Translations under genes and position numbers: made by a program
Part shown: piece by piece, positions 40,734 to 51,863 of the stretch
Numbering within the stretch: position 1 is the stretch's first letter
Layout of the letters: the number at the start of each line of letters is the position of its first letter
Source: Barthelona sp. PAP020
Lineage: Eukaryota
Reading direction: 5' to 3'
DNA length: 53,392 bases
Assembly (NCBI GenBank): GCA_040182905.1
Contig: JARQWU010000041.1
Location: forward strand, 1 to 53,392
Notes under the pieces: model-generated
The model's input: the letters and a program-made list of their open reading frames with translations, nothing else
What the model was told of the DNA's origin: nothing
Database searches by the model: none

Positions 40734-41928
40734 ATGGATGAGTTTGGAAATGGAAATCCGATGAAATCAGCTTTTCAGGCAACGTTATTTTTTCAAAATA
40801 TAACATATACTAACTAAAAATAGAGGTGTTGAATTAGAATATGCAAAGAGTTTAGGAATAATCAATCCTGATTTTGGATTTAATATTTCTGATGATTTTT
40901 TATTTACAGAAGATAAATTCATAAATAATCAAATGGAAATAGTACCCCAATATCTTGATTCTGAATCACGATCAATTGAACCTGTGATGATGAATCAAAT
41001 ACCTCAGATTGGTTTTTCGACAATGAATAATGATGATAATTCAGCCAATATTGAAGCAAATTTGGATATGAATGATATTGATGTGGTGGATCTGAATGAT
41101 ATACAGTACGATGGTGTTGTCAATCCGACTGCCACAAATTTAAAAGCGAAACGGAAGCAATCTGGATTGAAAGAATTATCGGCGCACGTTGCAGCAATCT
41201 TGAAAAGTAAGAAAGAAGCTTCATATCAAGATTTGGTTAATGCTTTGATCGTCAGTCTGCCTCCTTCGGCTGGAAGCAGGAATGAAGACAATGTTCAACG
41301 GCGGTTGTACAACACAATCAATGTGTTTAAGGCTTTAGGGATGGTGGAAGATCATCGAGACAAGCAGAATGTCATAGTGTGGATAGGACAACCAAAAACT
41401 TTGAAGGACCAGATAGATGAAGTGAGTGAAAAGATGGCCATTGAAAAGGATTTGCTGTTTTCTATGGAAAATCAGAAATTTGAACTTGAATTACAACTGC
41501 TATTGCTTGACGCGTTGATGTATATGAATCAAAACAACATTAAATTGGCGTCAAGAATCAATCCTTTGATGGAAGATGAGTTGCCAGTAAAGTTTCCTTT
41601 TGTCATTCTCAAAGGTCAAAAATATAGCTCCATGGATCTTCAAATGACACCAGATAGAAAGAATGCCAGTTTAAGATGTGGATCCGATGTGGATTTGATT
41701 TTTGACATGGACATTCTTGCATGTTTACAAATTTTTGATGTTCTGAGTGAAGAAATACTAAACGACTTGATACAAGTACGAAGTCCGGTTTTTATTGAAA
41801 AGTTTTTCAAATTGAAAGAAATTAACAAAATAAATGCCTCACAAACACAAAACTCATCAATAAAGAATCAGGAGCAATTGGAGCAATTTAGTGAAGAGGA
41901 TTTTAAGAACATTCTGCCAAAATTGTGA
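40734..41928 (+). CDS. E2F/DP-family transcription factor (DP-like); intron 40784-40823
   Basis: Winged helix GLKELS...SYQDL...NVQRRLYNTINVFKALG...WIG, coiled coil and FPFVIL. A 40-nt phase-2 intron with TACTAAC adds an in-frame first exon from ATG 40734. Confidence 0.8.
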
Positions 41929-42353
41929 AAAGAAATTCTCTTTCACAAAATTATCTTTGATTTAGTTTAATTTTCTCATTGAAATATTTCAAATATTTCA
42001 AATAGGAAACAAAATAATGAATGCATTCGTTTTTTCACATTTCAGAATTCGATTTTTTTTTTATCTTTTATAATATTTGTTTTTTCTTGCACTATGTGTG
42101 TTATTTTTTCATTTTTGTAAACTTGTTTATTCTTTTTCTATTTTTATCAATATTTTTACATTTTTACCCCTTGTTTATTCTTGGATATGACAACTATATT
42201 CTTTCTTCTTTCCTTAAAAAATATTTTTTTTTGCCATTTTTGTGCTTAATAAACCTCTTTTCTAATTTAGAGTTTTATGAATCAAAAAAAAAATCTTTTA
42301 CCTTTTTTCTTTCATATTTTTTTCATAGTCTTGTTAACTTATAACTTGTGGTG

Positions 42354-43691
42354 ATGAAAACAAGTTCATTTATCTATTTATTTATTATTCAATTGATATT
42401 GTCCATAATTTTATGTGTTGATGAAAGCCAGTTGTCAAATAATGAAATTTCAGATGTAGAATTCTCAATTACGGATCCAATTATCATAATAAAAAAGGGG
42501 TTACATTCGTTTACATCAGAAACCAATAAAATTTTAGAATATGCAATCTATGGTCCACATTTTGCTTGGGATAACAACGATTTGTTATTGTATGGACAAA
42601 AGATTGCTTTGGAATTGAGTGAATATGGAAATTTTCGTGGATATTCATCTGCAATTGAAGGATTCAACCCATTTCAATACTTCACAGTTGGTGCCAATCA
42701 AAGTTTCTGTGATTATGGAGATATTAGATACGAGAAGTGGGATTGGATTAATTATCGCCGCGAACCTCAATTTAAACAAGAAGATGCTTCCTACATATTA
42801 TCCAGAAGCTCGAAACTCGATAGTCTACCCAATGATCATACCGATTGGGAGGAAAGACAAACATATATGCGACATTATGCTACTGAATGTAGGATTTATT
42901 ACCATGGGTATTACAATTTAATAGGAGAAATTATGGATGACATTTGGACTCTTGAATTTAGGTTTTACGTTGGACAAGCCAAAGCATCGATCTATTATTC
43001 AGGGATTTGTCCTACAAATCCATCATATTCAACAATAATGAACACACATCGGGTCTATTCCAATCAAACCATTATGGTCAGCTTTGCAAGTAAGCCAAAA
43101 AAGTTATTGACTGTTCAATTTCGAAGACCATCGAGCGCACAATTTTTGGTACATCTTGCCATGTGTCGCAATTCATTCGTGTTTTTTACTCGTGAAGCTA
43201 TTGATGGTAAATCTTTCTTCGGGTATCATGTGGATGATTTTTTGGATGAAAAAAGTGTTGAGCATTACCATACACTTTGGAGCTATATTGTCAACATTAC
43301 TGATAAATATAGTTACATAGCGTGCATTGATGATTTTGCTGGAGATGGGGACTGGTCATTTTCAATGATTTTATGTCCGAGAGTTGATGGTATATCATAC
43401 TGCTCTTTGTTTAGAAATGTTTTGATGGATACCTTGAAAATAACTGTTTCAAAGCCTTTCATCTTGGAGAAAATTATACCAAGTGGAAAATTATTCGAAA
43501 ACACCGTAGTTCGTGGCAATACAATCAATCATCATTCTTACGCTTTGACAAGTGGAAGGATTGAGGCTATGAGTTCCAAAGCCCATTTAATGTTTTTCTA
43601 CCAAGATGCATCCAACAATATTGTGGCACAATTTATGCATGTTGAACTTGAAGAACACAAAACAATCAATGAACATATCGCTACCAACTAA
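42354..43691 (+). CDS. Putative secreted/surface protein
   Basis: Hydrophobic N-terminal signal-like segment (FIYLFIIQLILSIILC). No family recognised. Confidence 0.65.
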   Translation: MKTSSFIYLFIIQLILSIILCVDESQLSNNEISDVEFSITDPIIIIKKGLHSFTSETNKILEYAIYGPHFAWDNNDLLLYGQKIALELSEYGNFRGYSSAIEGFNPFQYFTVGANQSFCDYGDIRYEKWDWINYRREPQFKQEDASYILSRSSKLDSLPNDHTDWEERQTYMRHYATECRIYYHGYYNLIGEIMDDIWTLEFRFYVGQAKASIYYSGICPTNPSYSTIMNTHRVYSNQTIMVSFASKPKKLLTVQFRRPSSAQFLVHLAMCRNSFVFFTREAIDGKSFFGYHVDDFLDEKSVEHYHTLWSYIVNITDKYSYIACIDDFAGDGDWSFSMILCPRVDGISYCSLFRNVLMDTLKITVSKPFILEKIIPSGKLFENTVVRGNTINHHSYALTSGRIEAMSSKAHLMFFYQDASNNIVAQFMHVELEEHKTINEHIATN

Positions 43692-43920
43692 TGTGGCCAT
43701 ATTTTTCCTGTTTTTTTGATTTAATAAGTTTAACTTTAAGGCTATTTTTCCTATTTATGTGCCAATTTCAAATTTGTTTTTGTCTTGACTTCTTTGTAAA
43801 CATCTGGTTGGACCATTTGAAAAAAAAAAAAAAATCTGTTGTTTGACCTCAATTTGTCAAAAAAAAATTTTTTTGTATAAATAAAATGTTGTTCTTTTTT
43901 CACTTGTTAACTCACAAATT

Positions 43921-43958
43921 TTCAAACTATTTGAGATTTTTCAAACTATTTGAGATTT
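43921..43958. repeat. 19-bp tandem duplication
   Basis: TTCAAACTATTTGAGATTT x2. Confidence 0.85.
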
Positions 43959-44052
43959 GAGACAATTTGATTTTTGAAAAACGAAATAAAAATTGTAAAA
44001 AAATGACTATATTTATTTTCTCTTTTTTTTTTGTTTATTCAAAAAAGACTAA

Positions 44053-44742
44053 CTATTGAACCATATCCATAAGTTCTTCATCTTCATCAAAAAACTCATT
44101 TTCAGAATCTGAAATCTCAACATCTGAAGCTTCCTCATCAAATTGATTTGATGCATCTGTACTCTTTTTCATCTGAATTTTCAACTCAACAACAGATAAA
44201 GGAACTGATGAATCAGTGTAGTAAATTTTTGTTCCTTCGTGAAAATCAAATTTATTCAAGTCATCTTGATTACACCTAACAACAATAAAAGGTTGTTCTA
44301 AAGGACCAAACATTTCAAAAATAACACCAAAAGGTTCACCATTTTCTAAATACATTATTGTATCAGACTCTAAACAAGGAGCATTAAAATTTCCAGAAAT
44401 AATAACTTTTGAAGGTAAAATTGCATGAATCTCACCAAAATATTTTAAAGACTCAACAGAAACACATTCAAAATCTTCTTTAGAAACAATAGGAATTGTT
44501 TTTTCATCGATTTCATGTTTGGATCTTATTGGTTGAATATTAGGAATATTAGAGGCAGAATCAGCTGAATCTATTACATTATCAAACAATGTTTGAAATT
44601 CTAATGGTTCCTCTTCATCTGATTCTCCTGATAAAATGGCTTTCAATTCTTCTTCATCATATATTGAAGAATCAGAATCTGAATCTGATTGTTCATTTTG
44701 TTTTGTTGGAAATACAAATTGACCAGGTTCAAGTTCAGTCAT
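44053..44742 (-). CDS. NAF1: H/ACA RNP assembly factor Naf1
   Basis: IRSKHEI, Gar1/Naf1 domain GVIFEMFGPLEQPFIVVR, and KSTDASNQFDEE...SDSE. Confidence 0.88.
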   Translation of the reverse strand: MTELEPGQFVFPTKQNEQSDSDSDSSIYDEEELKAILSGESDEEEPLEFQTLFDNVIDSADSASNIPNIQPIRSKHEIDEKTIPIVSKEDFECVSVESLKYFGEIHAILPSKVIISGNFNAPCLESDTIMYLENGEPFGVIFEMFGPLEQPFIVVRCNQDDLNKFDFHEGTKIYYTDSSVPLSVVELKIQMKKSTDASNQFDEEASDVEISDSENEFFDEDEELMDMVQ

Positions 44743-44862
44743 TAATAAATAGACAGGAATGATATCTTGATTTTTGTGTACTTTTTTTTTGATTGTTTTT
44801 ATACTTTTTTAATGTTAATTTATTGATTAAGAAATAGATGTGAACTGATTTATCAAATAGAA

Positions 44863-45864
44863 ATGAATGAAAATGAAATAAAACCACCTGGAATTGAAAT
44901 TGTTGAGATTTTTCAACCAAAGACTTCAAAAATTTCTGAAAAAACAAATATTATTGAGTCAAAGCTATTTAATATTACTAATTTATATGCGGAAACTTAT
45001 AAAAACTTTCGTATTCAAAATTATTCGCAAAGAGACCTCAAAGATGTCTTATTATTGGTACCTGATTGTTGTAAACAAATTTCAATTTGTTCTACATCAG
45101 TAAAGAAAATTAAAGAAAGTGTAGAAGACCTGAAGTTGATCGTTTCTGAAATAGAAAAGGTGAAGCAAGAACTTTTTGAGGTTAAAAAGCAAGAAAAAGA
45201 AAGACAGGCAGCTGAAAGAATATTAAAAGAAAAAGAAGAATCTGAAAGAATGTTAAAAGAAAGAGAAGAAGCCAAAAGAGCGTATAAAGAAAGAGAAGCA
45301 GCTCAAGAGTTATTAAAAGAAAAAGAAGCTGCTCAAAAAGCATTAAAAGAACAAGAAGCAATTCAAAAGGCATTAAAAGAAAAAGAAAAAGAAGCATCTC
45401 AAAATTCCTTGAAAAAAGAATCTAGCAGTGGTTTTTTAGATTCGTTATTTACTTCCATATTTTATTCTGAAAATAAGACTAATAAAGAAACAGAAAAAGA
45501 AAAACAGAAAAAAGAGGAAAAGCCGAAGGTCTTACCGGCAAAAAAGACAAATTTGTCTGATTATCTTCCATCTTTGGATGATTTTTTTGGTTCGACGAAT
45601 AACAGGGAGCAAAATATAGACGAAGATGATGAAGATGTGAATAAACAATCAAAAGAAAAAACAAAAAGCAACTCTTTTCAAGAATCAACTGATGAAAATA
45701 ATATAAAGAAAAAAAAGAAAAAGAAAAAAAAAAAAAAACATAGAAAAGATGTTAATGTTGAGTTGAATGAACAAACTGATTTTGAAAGAGCTTTAGAAAT
45801 TACTCTAAAAAACGCTGGCAAAAAACTTGAAGAAAAGAATAAGGAACATGTAAATACTATTTAA
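44863..45864 (+). CDS. Coiled-coil hypothetical protein with LKEKEAAQ-type 10-aa repeats and a poly-Lys tract
   Basis: 333-aa ORF with internal charged repeats. Confidence 0.7.
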   Translation: MNENEIKPPGIEIVEIFQPKTSKISEKTNIIESKLFNITNLYAETYKNFRIQNYSQRDLKDVLLLVPDCCKQISICSTSVKKIKESVEDLKLIVSEIEKVKQELFEVKKQEKERQAAERILKEKEESERMLKEREEAKRAYKEREAAQELLKEKEAAQKALKEQEAIQKALKEKEKEASQNSLKKESSSGFLDSLFTSIFYSENKTNKETEKEKQKKEEKPKVLPAKKTNLSDYLPSLDDFFGSTNNREQNIDEDDEDVNKQSKEKTKSNSFQESTDENNIKKKKKKKKKKKHRKDVNVELNEQTDFERALEITLKNAGKKLEEKNKEHVNTI

Positions 45865-46263
45865 TTTTTTGTTTTTCGTTTATTAAAAGAAAGTTTTTCG
45901 AAAATTTTCCAAATTTGAGACCAATGCCTCATGTGGTTAAAGAAACAATGACACTTTATAATTGATAGAAACCTCTCAGCAACAGTCCTTTCATTTCATG
46001 ACCCTGGCAATAGAGAAAGCTATCATATGAAGTGTGTAAAATTATTGTAGAACCAAATATTGAAAAGAACCAGATGGCTTGTTTTTGAAATTGATCTTAA
46101 TCCTGTAAGATTTGTTGCATTTCAATTGTGAAGGTCAAAATATTTAGAGTTTTTGACAATAAAGTCTCGCAGAAGGAAAAGAGGAAGAATAAAAAATTTT
46201 GATCAAGAATCAAAGAAAAATTCACACACTTTTACAAACAACAAAAATTTGAATTTCTCTCAA

Positions 46264-46827
46264 CTATATTTCACCTTGGAAGACAACTCCATCGGCAATA
46301 TTCAAAGCAATATTCTCACCAACCAAGTACTTAATAATGCAAAGAGCAAAATGACATGCAGTTGCTGGTCCACGACTGGTAATCAGGTTTCCATCAATTA
46401 CAACTTCATCCTCTAAATAATTCTTGCAAGGTTGACAGTCAGAACTAACACCTGGCCAACTTGTGACATCTTTATCAACTAACAAATCCCATCCAGCCAA
46501 AATTGAAGGCGCAGCACAAATAGCAGCTAAAAGCTTTCCAGATGTGAAATGATCAACAGTTAATCTTCTCAATAGTTCACTATTGTTGTAATTTTTGGTT
46601 CCGGGACCACCGGGAAATACGATTGCATCAAATGTTTCAATTTCGTCTTTAATTTCATTTAATGTTGTATCAGCTTTTAAAATAATATCATGGCTACCAA
46701 CAATTTTCAAATGACTGTCCAAAGCACAAGTTACAACATTAATTCTCGCACGACGTAAAAAATCGACAACTGATGTAAATTCAATAGGTTCTACCTTTTG
46801 AGGCATTAAAACAAGGGCTTTTTTCAT
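46264..46827 (-). CDS. DJ-1/PfpI (ThiJ) family protein
   Basis: EPIE (catalytic Glu), FPGG, nucleophile elbow AICAAP and TSRGPAT. Confidence 0.92.
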   Translation of the reverse strand: MKKALVLMPQKVEPIEFTSVVDFLRRARINVVTCALDSHLKIVGSHDIILKADTTLNEIKDEIETFDAIVFPGGPGTKNYNNSELLRRLTVDHFTSGKLLAAICAAPSILAGWDLLVDKDVTSWPGVSSDCQPCKNYLEDEVVIDGNLITSRGPATACHFALCIIKYLVGENIALNIADGVVFQGEI

Positions 46828-47524
46828 GAAAATACTCTCCAAAAAAAAAAAATCTTCTGTTTTTCAGCTGCATTTCTTCTCACATTATGATGTGATGTCG
46901 TTGATTTCAACAAAAGTGGACATTTTTTTCATTTTCTTTATCCTTTTTGAAAACATAATCGTATACTTTGAAGAACTTTGTTATGGAATAACAATCAAAT
47001 TCAATAAATATTTCTAATTCTTTATTAACAAAACAAAAAAACTGCCAAACACTTTCCATTTAATAATTATGATTGAATTTTGAAAAAAAATGTTTCAAGG
47101 TCATGAATCATCAATATCATAAAAGGACAAAGATGTGATTATACCAGGAAATATCTATGATGGGAATGGAAGACTATTTCATGATGAGAAACCTCACTTC
47201 AAGCCTAACTATCCACCAATAGGTAACTAAATATTAAGAATTTTTTTTCCAAATTTCTTTTTTGTAAATTTTTTGAAAAACTTTCAAAACTTTCGAGCAA
47301 TAAATCTTTTAACCCTCTATTTTTCCTTGAAAACTTCGTTTGAACAGAAAAATATTCAATAATTAGTTAAAAGAACAATTTTTTAATTTTTTAATCCTCA
47401 CAATTTCTTGCCTTTTTTCCGAAACAAATGATCTTTTGTTCCTTCCAGTTGCTTTAAAACTTACAAAGAAAAATGAACTACAAATATTTATGTCAATAAA
47501 ACAAAAAAACAAGTATCAAGTCCT

Positions 47525-48481
47525 CTAATTGACTCGATGAAGAGTTTCCTGAGTTTCAGCGTAGTGAAGGATCATTTCAACAGTTCTTTCACCAATAGCA
47601 GCAGTGGCTTGTTCTGTAGAGGCACCAATGTGACAAGTACCATAACAGCTGGGATGTTGAGCAACAGCATCAGTAAAATCAGCCTCTGTGGCTGCAGGTT
47701 CATTATTGAAAACATCAGCACAAACAAAAATTCCTCTTTCATTCATACCATACAACAATGCTTCATCATCATGGATTCCACCACGAGACATGTTTAAAAC
47801 ACAAGCACCAGGCTTCATGGCATCAACAAATTCACGATTAATCATTCCTTTAGTTGGTTTGATCAAAGGAACATGAACAGAAATGAAATCCGAACCGGCA
47901 ACAAGATCCAAAATTTCAGAACATGGAACGACACCATAATTGGAAAGTGTTTGAGCATCTTTACCTGGATCGTAAGCTAAAACTTCCATACCAAAAGCTT
48001 TGGCTCTGGTAGCAACAAGATGTCCGATATTTCCAAAGCCAATAATACCAAATTTCTTTCCATACATTCCTGCAGCTTTTGAAAATTTCTTCTTGTTCCA
48101 TTTGTTGTTACGAATAGTAATCACATTATCTGCAATCTTCCGATCCATAGCTAATGCTAAAGCCATAGTCAATTCAGCAACAGCAATTGAATTAACACCA
48201 GGCACATTGGAAACAGCAATACCCATTTCAGCAGCTTTTTCAAAAGCAATGGTATTGTAACCAGCACCAGCACGAATAATAAATTTCAGATGAGGAGCAA
48301 CTGTCAACATATCTTCAGGAACCTTTGTTGAACGAACAACCAAAACCTCAGGATTATGCTTTTGAAGGGCCTCTTTCAAAGCGGCTTCTTTAAGAGAGGG
48401 ATCAAACACTATTTCATGACCAGCATTTGTGAGAGTTTCCATACCTTCATTTGAAAAGGCATCAGCAATAAGAACCAACAT
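47525..48481 (-). CDS. serA: D-3-phosphoglycerate dehydrogenase / D-2-hydroxyacid dehydrogenase (short type, no ACT domain)
   Basis: RAGAGYNTI, GIIGFGNIG, HVPL, NMSRG, DVFNNEP and HIGAST motifs. Confidence 0.8.
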   Translation of the reverse strand: MLVLIADAFSNEGMETLTNAGHEIVFDPSLKEAALKEALQKHNPEVLVVRSTKVPEDMLTVAPHLKFIIRAGAGYNTIAFEKAAEMGIAVSNVPGVNSIAVAELTMALALAMDRKIADNVITIRNNKWNKKKFSKAAGMYGKKFGIIGFGNIGHLVATRAKAFGMEVLAYDPGKDAQTLSNYGVVPCSEILDLVAGSDFISVHVPLIKPTKGMINREFVDAMKPGACVLNMSRGGIHDDEALLYGMNERGIFVCADVFNNEPAATEADFTDAVAQHPSCYGTCHIGASTEQATAAIGERTVEMILHYAETQETLHRVN

Positions 48482-48964
48482 TTTAAAAATTTCAAAACAC
48501 GTTTAATAAAAAGTAACACTATAAATATTGCCTTTTTTTCAAAATCTTTCTGTCATTGACTATTTTAAAATATCCTGAATTTGATGGCCTGTTTTCTTTA
48601 GACAAAAACTTGCCAAACGACATAAATAACTATTATAAAGAGTTGAATTTACAAAATAGTGATGAAGAAAATCAACGAGAAAAAAAAAAAGAAAATGAAA
48701 CTTATCAAATTGGTTTTTCTTTCGGTAATTCAAATAATTCCATAATATATCTGTATTACGATAGAAAAGTTTATGTGTGGAAAAAACAACGAATAAAAAC
48801 AGATTTTTGAAAAAAAATAAACAATCCTTTTGAATTCATCATTCTTTATTTATTTCGGTCCTCATAATTTAAAAAAAATATAACTCTGTATTTTAACATT
48901 CCTAAACTGAATCGTCTTAATTTTCTTTTTATTCCATGAAAATATGAATAATACGAATTTATGA

Positions 48965-49624
48965 ATGAAATTTTTAATTTTTATTAACATAATAATAATA
49001 ATAATAGAATTATTTGCAAAAAAGAAAGATTTTGAACATAAAAATCTTCATTTAATTTTTAAAGATTTTGAAACTTGTTTATCTATCAAATTGCCACTTC
49101 AATTTAATTATAAAAATAAGATTTTTGAAATAATGTTTGAACTTCTTTGTTGGTGTTCGCCTTTTTTATGTTTTTTAAGTTTTCAAAAGATATTTCATCC
49201 ATTGAATAAATATAATGATATTTTTCAATTAAATTTGAGTTGTTTGAGCCATTTGGATATAAATTCACATGAGATCTTTATTTACTCTTTTTTAAGCACA
49301 TTGATTCATGAATTTGGTCATTTATTTGCTTGTTTTTTGATGGGTGTGAATGTTAGTGCTCTAAATATTAAGAATAAATATTTTCTTTTCAGAGGATGTA
49401 TTGATTGTGACTTGTACAATGAAAAAAAAAAATTGACTTCAAATCAAAGAATAATAGTCTTTTTTGGAGGTGTTTCTTTTAATTTTCTTTCTGCAATTAT
49501 GCTTAACTATTTAAATTGTAATTTTGTTTTTCAATGTATTCTGTTGTGTGATGGGATGTTCAACAGTTTGCCTTTTCAATCATTTGATGGATTAAAAATT
49601 GTGGAACAAATATTTTTTTCATAA
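48965..49624 (+). CDS. M50-family (site-2 protease-like) intramembrane zinc metalloprotease, divergent
   Basis: HEFGH zinc motif in a hydrophobic helix, GGVSFN and NSLPFQSFDG (NxxPxxxxDG). Start position uncertain. Confidence 0.75.
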   Translation: MKFLIFINIIIIIIELFAKKKDFEHKNLHLIFKDFETCLSIKLPLQFNYKNKIFEIMFELLCWCSPFLCFLSFQKIFHPLNKYNDIFQLNLSCLSHLDINSHEIFIYSFLSTLIHEFGHLFACFLMGVNVSALNIKNKYFLFRGCIDCDLYNEKKKLTSNQRIIVFFGGVSFNFLSAIMLNYLNCNFVFQCILLCDGMFNSLPFQSFDGLKIVEQIFFS

Positions 49625-50189
49625 AATCTCTCCTTTTCCTAAATTAGAAAGGATTCTTTGTTTTTATGTTGACCCATCACGTTAGGGTGTCAATGTTTAG
49701 AAAATTATTAGAAAGAAGCTTCTGGGATATTATCTGCCAAAAAAAAAATGTGACCATCAAGATAATTTAAAAATTCTTGAAGCAAGTAGATTATAGCTGT
49801 TATCAACTCCAGGTTTAAGATTGTTTCTTCAGCTTTTAACTTTTGTTCGACTTTTAACTTGACACTTGGTTCGCTCCTACTTGGGTCATAAATGTCTTAT
49901 TTATGAAAATGTAAAATGTTAACAATTTTTTTTTTCGTATGTTTGAATGATTCAATTAAATTTGAATTTTGTTTGGTGTGAGAGACGCTGAATTGTTTAA
50001 ATTTAACCTAACTGGCTTGAATGCAATTGCTAAACAAAAGAAGAAACAAAGCAAAAGAATCAAGAAGTCAAAAGAAATTTTAAGGGCATTATTTTTTTTC
50101 TTTTCTTGTTTCATTTGACATATTTCGAAACTTTAAACCTCTTCACAAATACATAAATCTCTCATAAAAATAAAAATTGCACCATTTTT

Positions 50190-51863
50190 TTACAAAAGAG
50201 AAGAGATAATCAATTCGTTTGTATCCTCATTTAAATCTAAAGAAATTTTGTGTTCAGTTGCCAAATGAAGCATTGCACAAAGAAATCTTGCGGTTTCCTT
50301 TTTGGTGTTCGAGACCACTTTACTGTTTTCTGAAATCGAAGAAAGCTGAACAATTGATTGATCAGTCTCACTCAAAGCAATTGAACTCATAGTCGAATAA
50401 CTCACTTGGCTAAGAGTCATCGAACTTTCTGAAATACTTGAAAGGATTGTTTCCTTTTCTTCCACTATGTCCCATGGTTTCGTTTGTTCTTTTTCCTCCA
50501 ACATAGGTAATAAATCATTGATCCAATGTTCTTGTTGTCTGATGAGATCAGTTTGTGCATGTTGTTGTCGAGTACGCTCCAATAAATCATAAAGGGCTCT
50601 TTGATATGATTCATTGATTGCAACTTCTTCAGCTAAAACAGAAGTTTTAATAATAGAAGGTAAATGCTCTGAAACATTCCCTTCAAAATCTGAATCTGCT
50701 GCATCTTCATCGGAATTGTCGGATTCATCATCAGACACAACAATATCAGGATTGGGGTTGGCTTGTTGGATTTGAATTTCCATCTGCTGTTTGTCTCTTT
50801 CAACCTTCTGAAGAATACGAGCCCAACTCAATGAGGGGAAAAAAAGCCCATGTGTTTGAGGCGGTTGCTTAATTATCTTCTTGCATGCCTCAGATAGAAA
50901 TCCAGTTTCTGAACTTGCTGTGTCTTTGTATGAAGTTCCCACAAAGTCACTAATGTCAGGAATAGGCTTTTGACGCAATGGCTTGAATTCACAGGGCACA
51001 CCACAAGGTTGGCTAAGATCAATCAAAGGCCACTCACTGTCGGGTAAATCAACTTGAGAATCTTTTGAAGTAGCAAATTTTGGTGCAGAAGCGGGTGTAT
51101 TCCATCCATTAGATGCATTAGTTCGTGAGGAATACACTGAATTGGGGGTTCCCATAGAACCAGGAGTATCATAATTTACAGAACCATTCTCGTGTTGTGG
51201 TGTCATCATTGGAGAAAATGGTTTTATTTGTGAAAAGGAATCTGCCTCAGGAAGAGTTCTTACAGTTCTTACAGTACGCAAAATAGATGTAGGAGCCATT
51301 TCTCGACCCAAAGGATCAGGTATATCATTAAGAGTAGTGATAAAACCAGGATTTAATGAAGGAAAAGTATGAAGTGTAGGTACCAGGGATATCATTCCAT
51401 TGCACAGTGGGTCTGTAAACAATCGAGATTCTTTCTTAACACTCAACTCATCCGAAAAGAAAAAAGGAAATCGACGTATTGAAATGCTTTCAATGTGCTC
51501 ACTTTTGGAACGATCAACCGAAATTGTAGGTTGACGTGCATGTGTCAAAGAAGGTTCGGTAAGCAATTCACCAGGAAGAATAACACGTTGTTTTCGTTTT
51601 TTAACCGTAGAAACCATTCCCGTATCAATATCAGAATCATAATCCTCGAATTCTCTTTCAATTAAAAGTTCATTAGATACACTACGGTCCTGCATAAAAG
51701 CACAAATATCATTATAAAACGAATCAACATTTTTTTTGTAAATAATAACACATTGATTAATTAATATGGCTGCACGAACAAAATTCACAACGTTGTCCTC
51801 ATCATCACTTGAAAATTGAGCAACAATTTCTTCAATCAATTCATCAATGGAATCTTGTTGCAT
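50190..51863 (-). CDS. NCAPH2: Condensin II kleisin CAP-H2
   Basis: N-terminal NFVRAAILINQCVIIYKKNVDSFY and C-terminal ETARFLCAMLHLATEHKISL kleisin motifs. Confidence 0.75.
   Translation of the reverse strand: MQQDSIDELIEEIVAQFSSDDEDNVVNFVRAAILINQCVIIYKKNVDSFYNDICAFMQDRSVSNELLIEREFEDYDSDIDTGMVSTVKKRKQRVILPGELLTEPSLTHARQPTISVDRSKSEHIESISIRRFPFFFSDELSVKKESRLFTDPLCNGMISLVPTLHTFPSLNPGFITTLNDIPDPLGREMAPTSILRTVRTVRTLPEADSFSQIKPFSPMMTPQHENGSVNYDTPGSMGTPNSVYSSRTNASNGWNTPASAPKFATSKDSQVDLPDSEWPLIDLSQPCGVPCEFKPLRQKPIPDISDFVGTSYKDTASSETGFLSEACKKIIKQPPQTHGLFFPSLSWARILQKVERDKQQMEIQIQQANPNPDIVVSDDESDNSDEDAADSDFEGNVSEHLPSIIKTSVLAEEVAINESYQRALYDLLERTRQQHAQTDLIRQQEHWINDLLPMLEEKEQTKPWDIVEEKETILSSISESSMTLSQVSYSTMSSIALSETDQSIVQLSSISENSKVVSNTKKETARFLCAMLHLATEHKISLDLNEDTNELIISSLL

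Noticed and set aside
47090..47230. Short frame MFQGHESSIS*KDKDVIIPGNIYDG..., suggesting TAA readthrough or an alternative genetic code
   Set aside because: Conserved genes here terminate normally at TAA, TAG and TGA and contain no internal stops, so there is no support for recoding.
49665..49695. GTTAGGGT telomere-like/template-like 8-mer in a small hairpin
   Set aside because: An 8-mer of this composition is expected by chance in 53 kb; the same word occurs inside a CDS near 30997.
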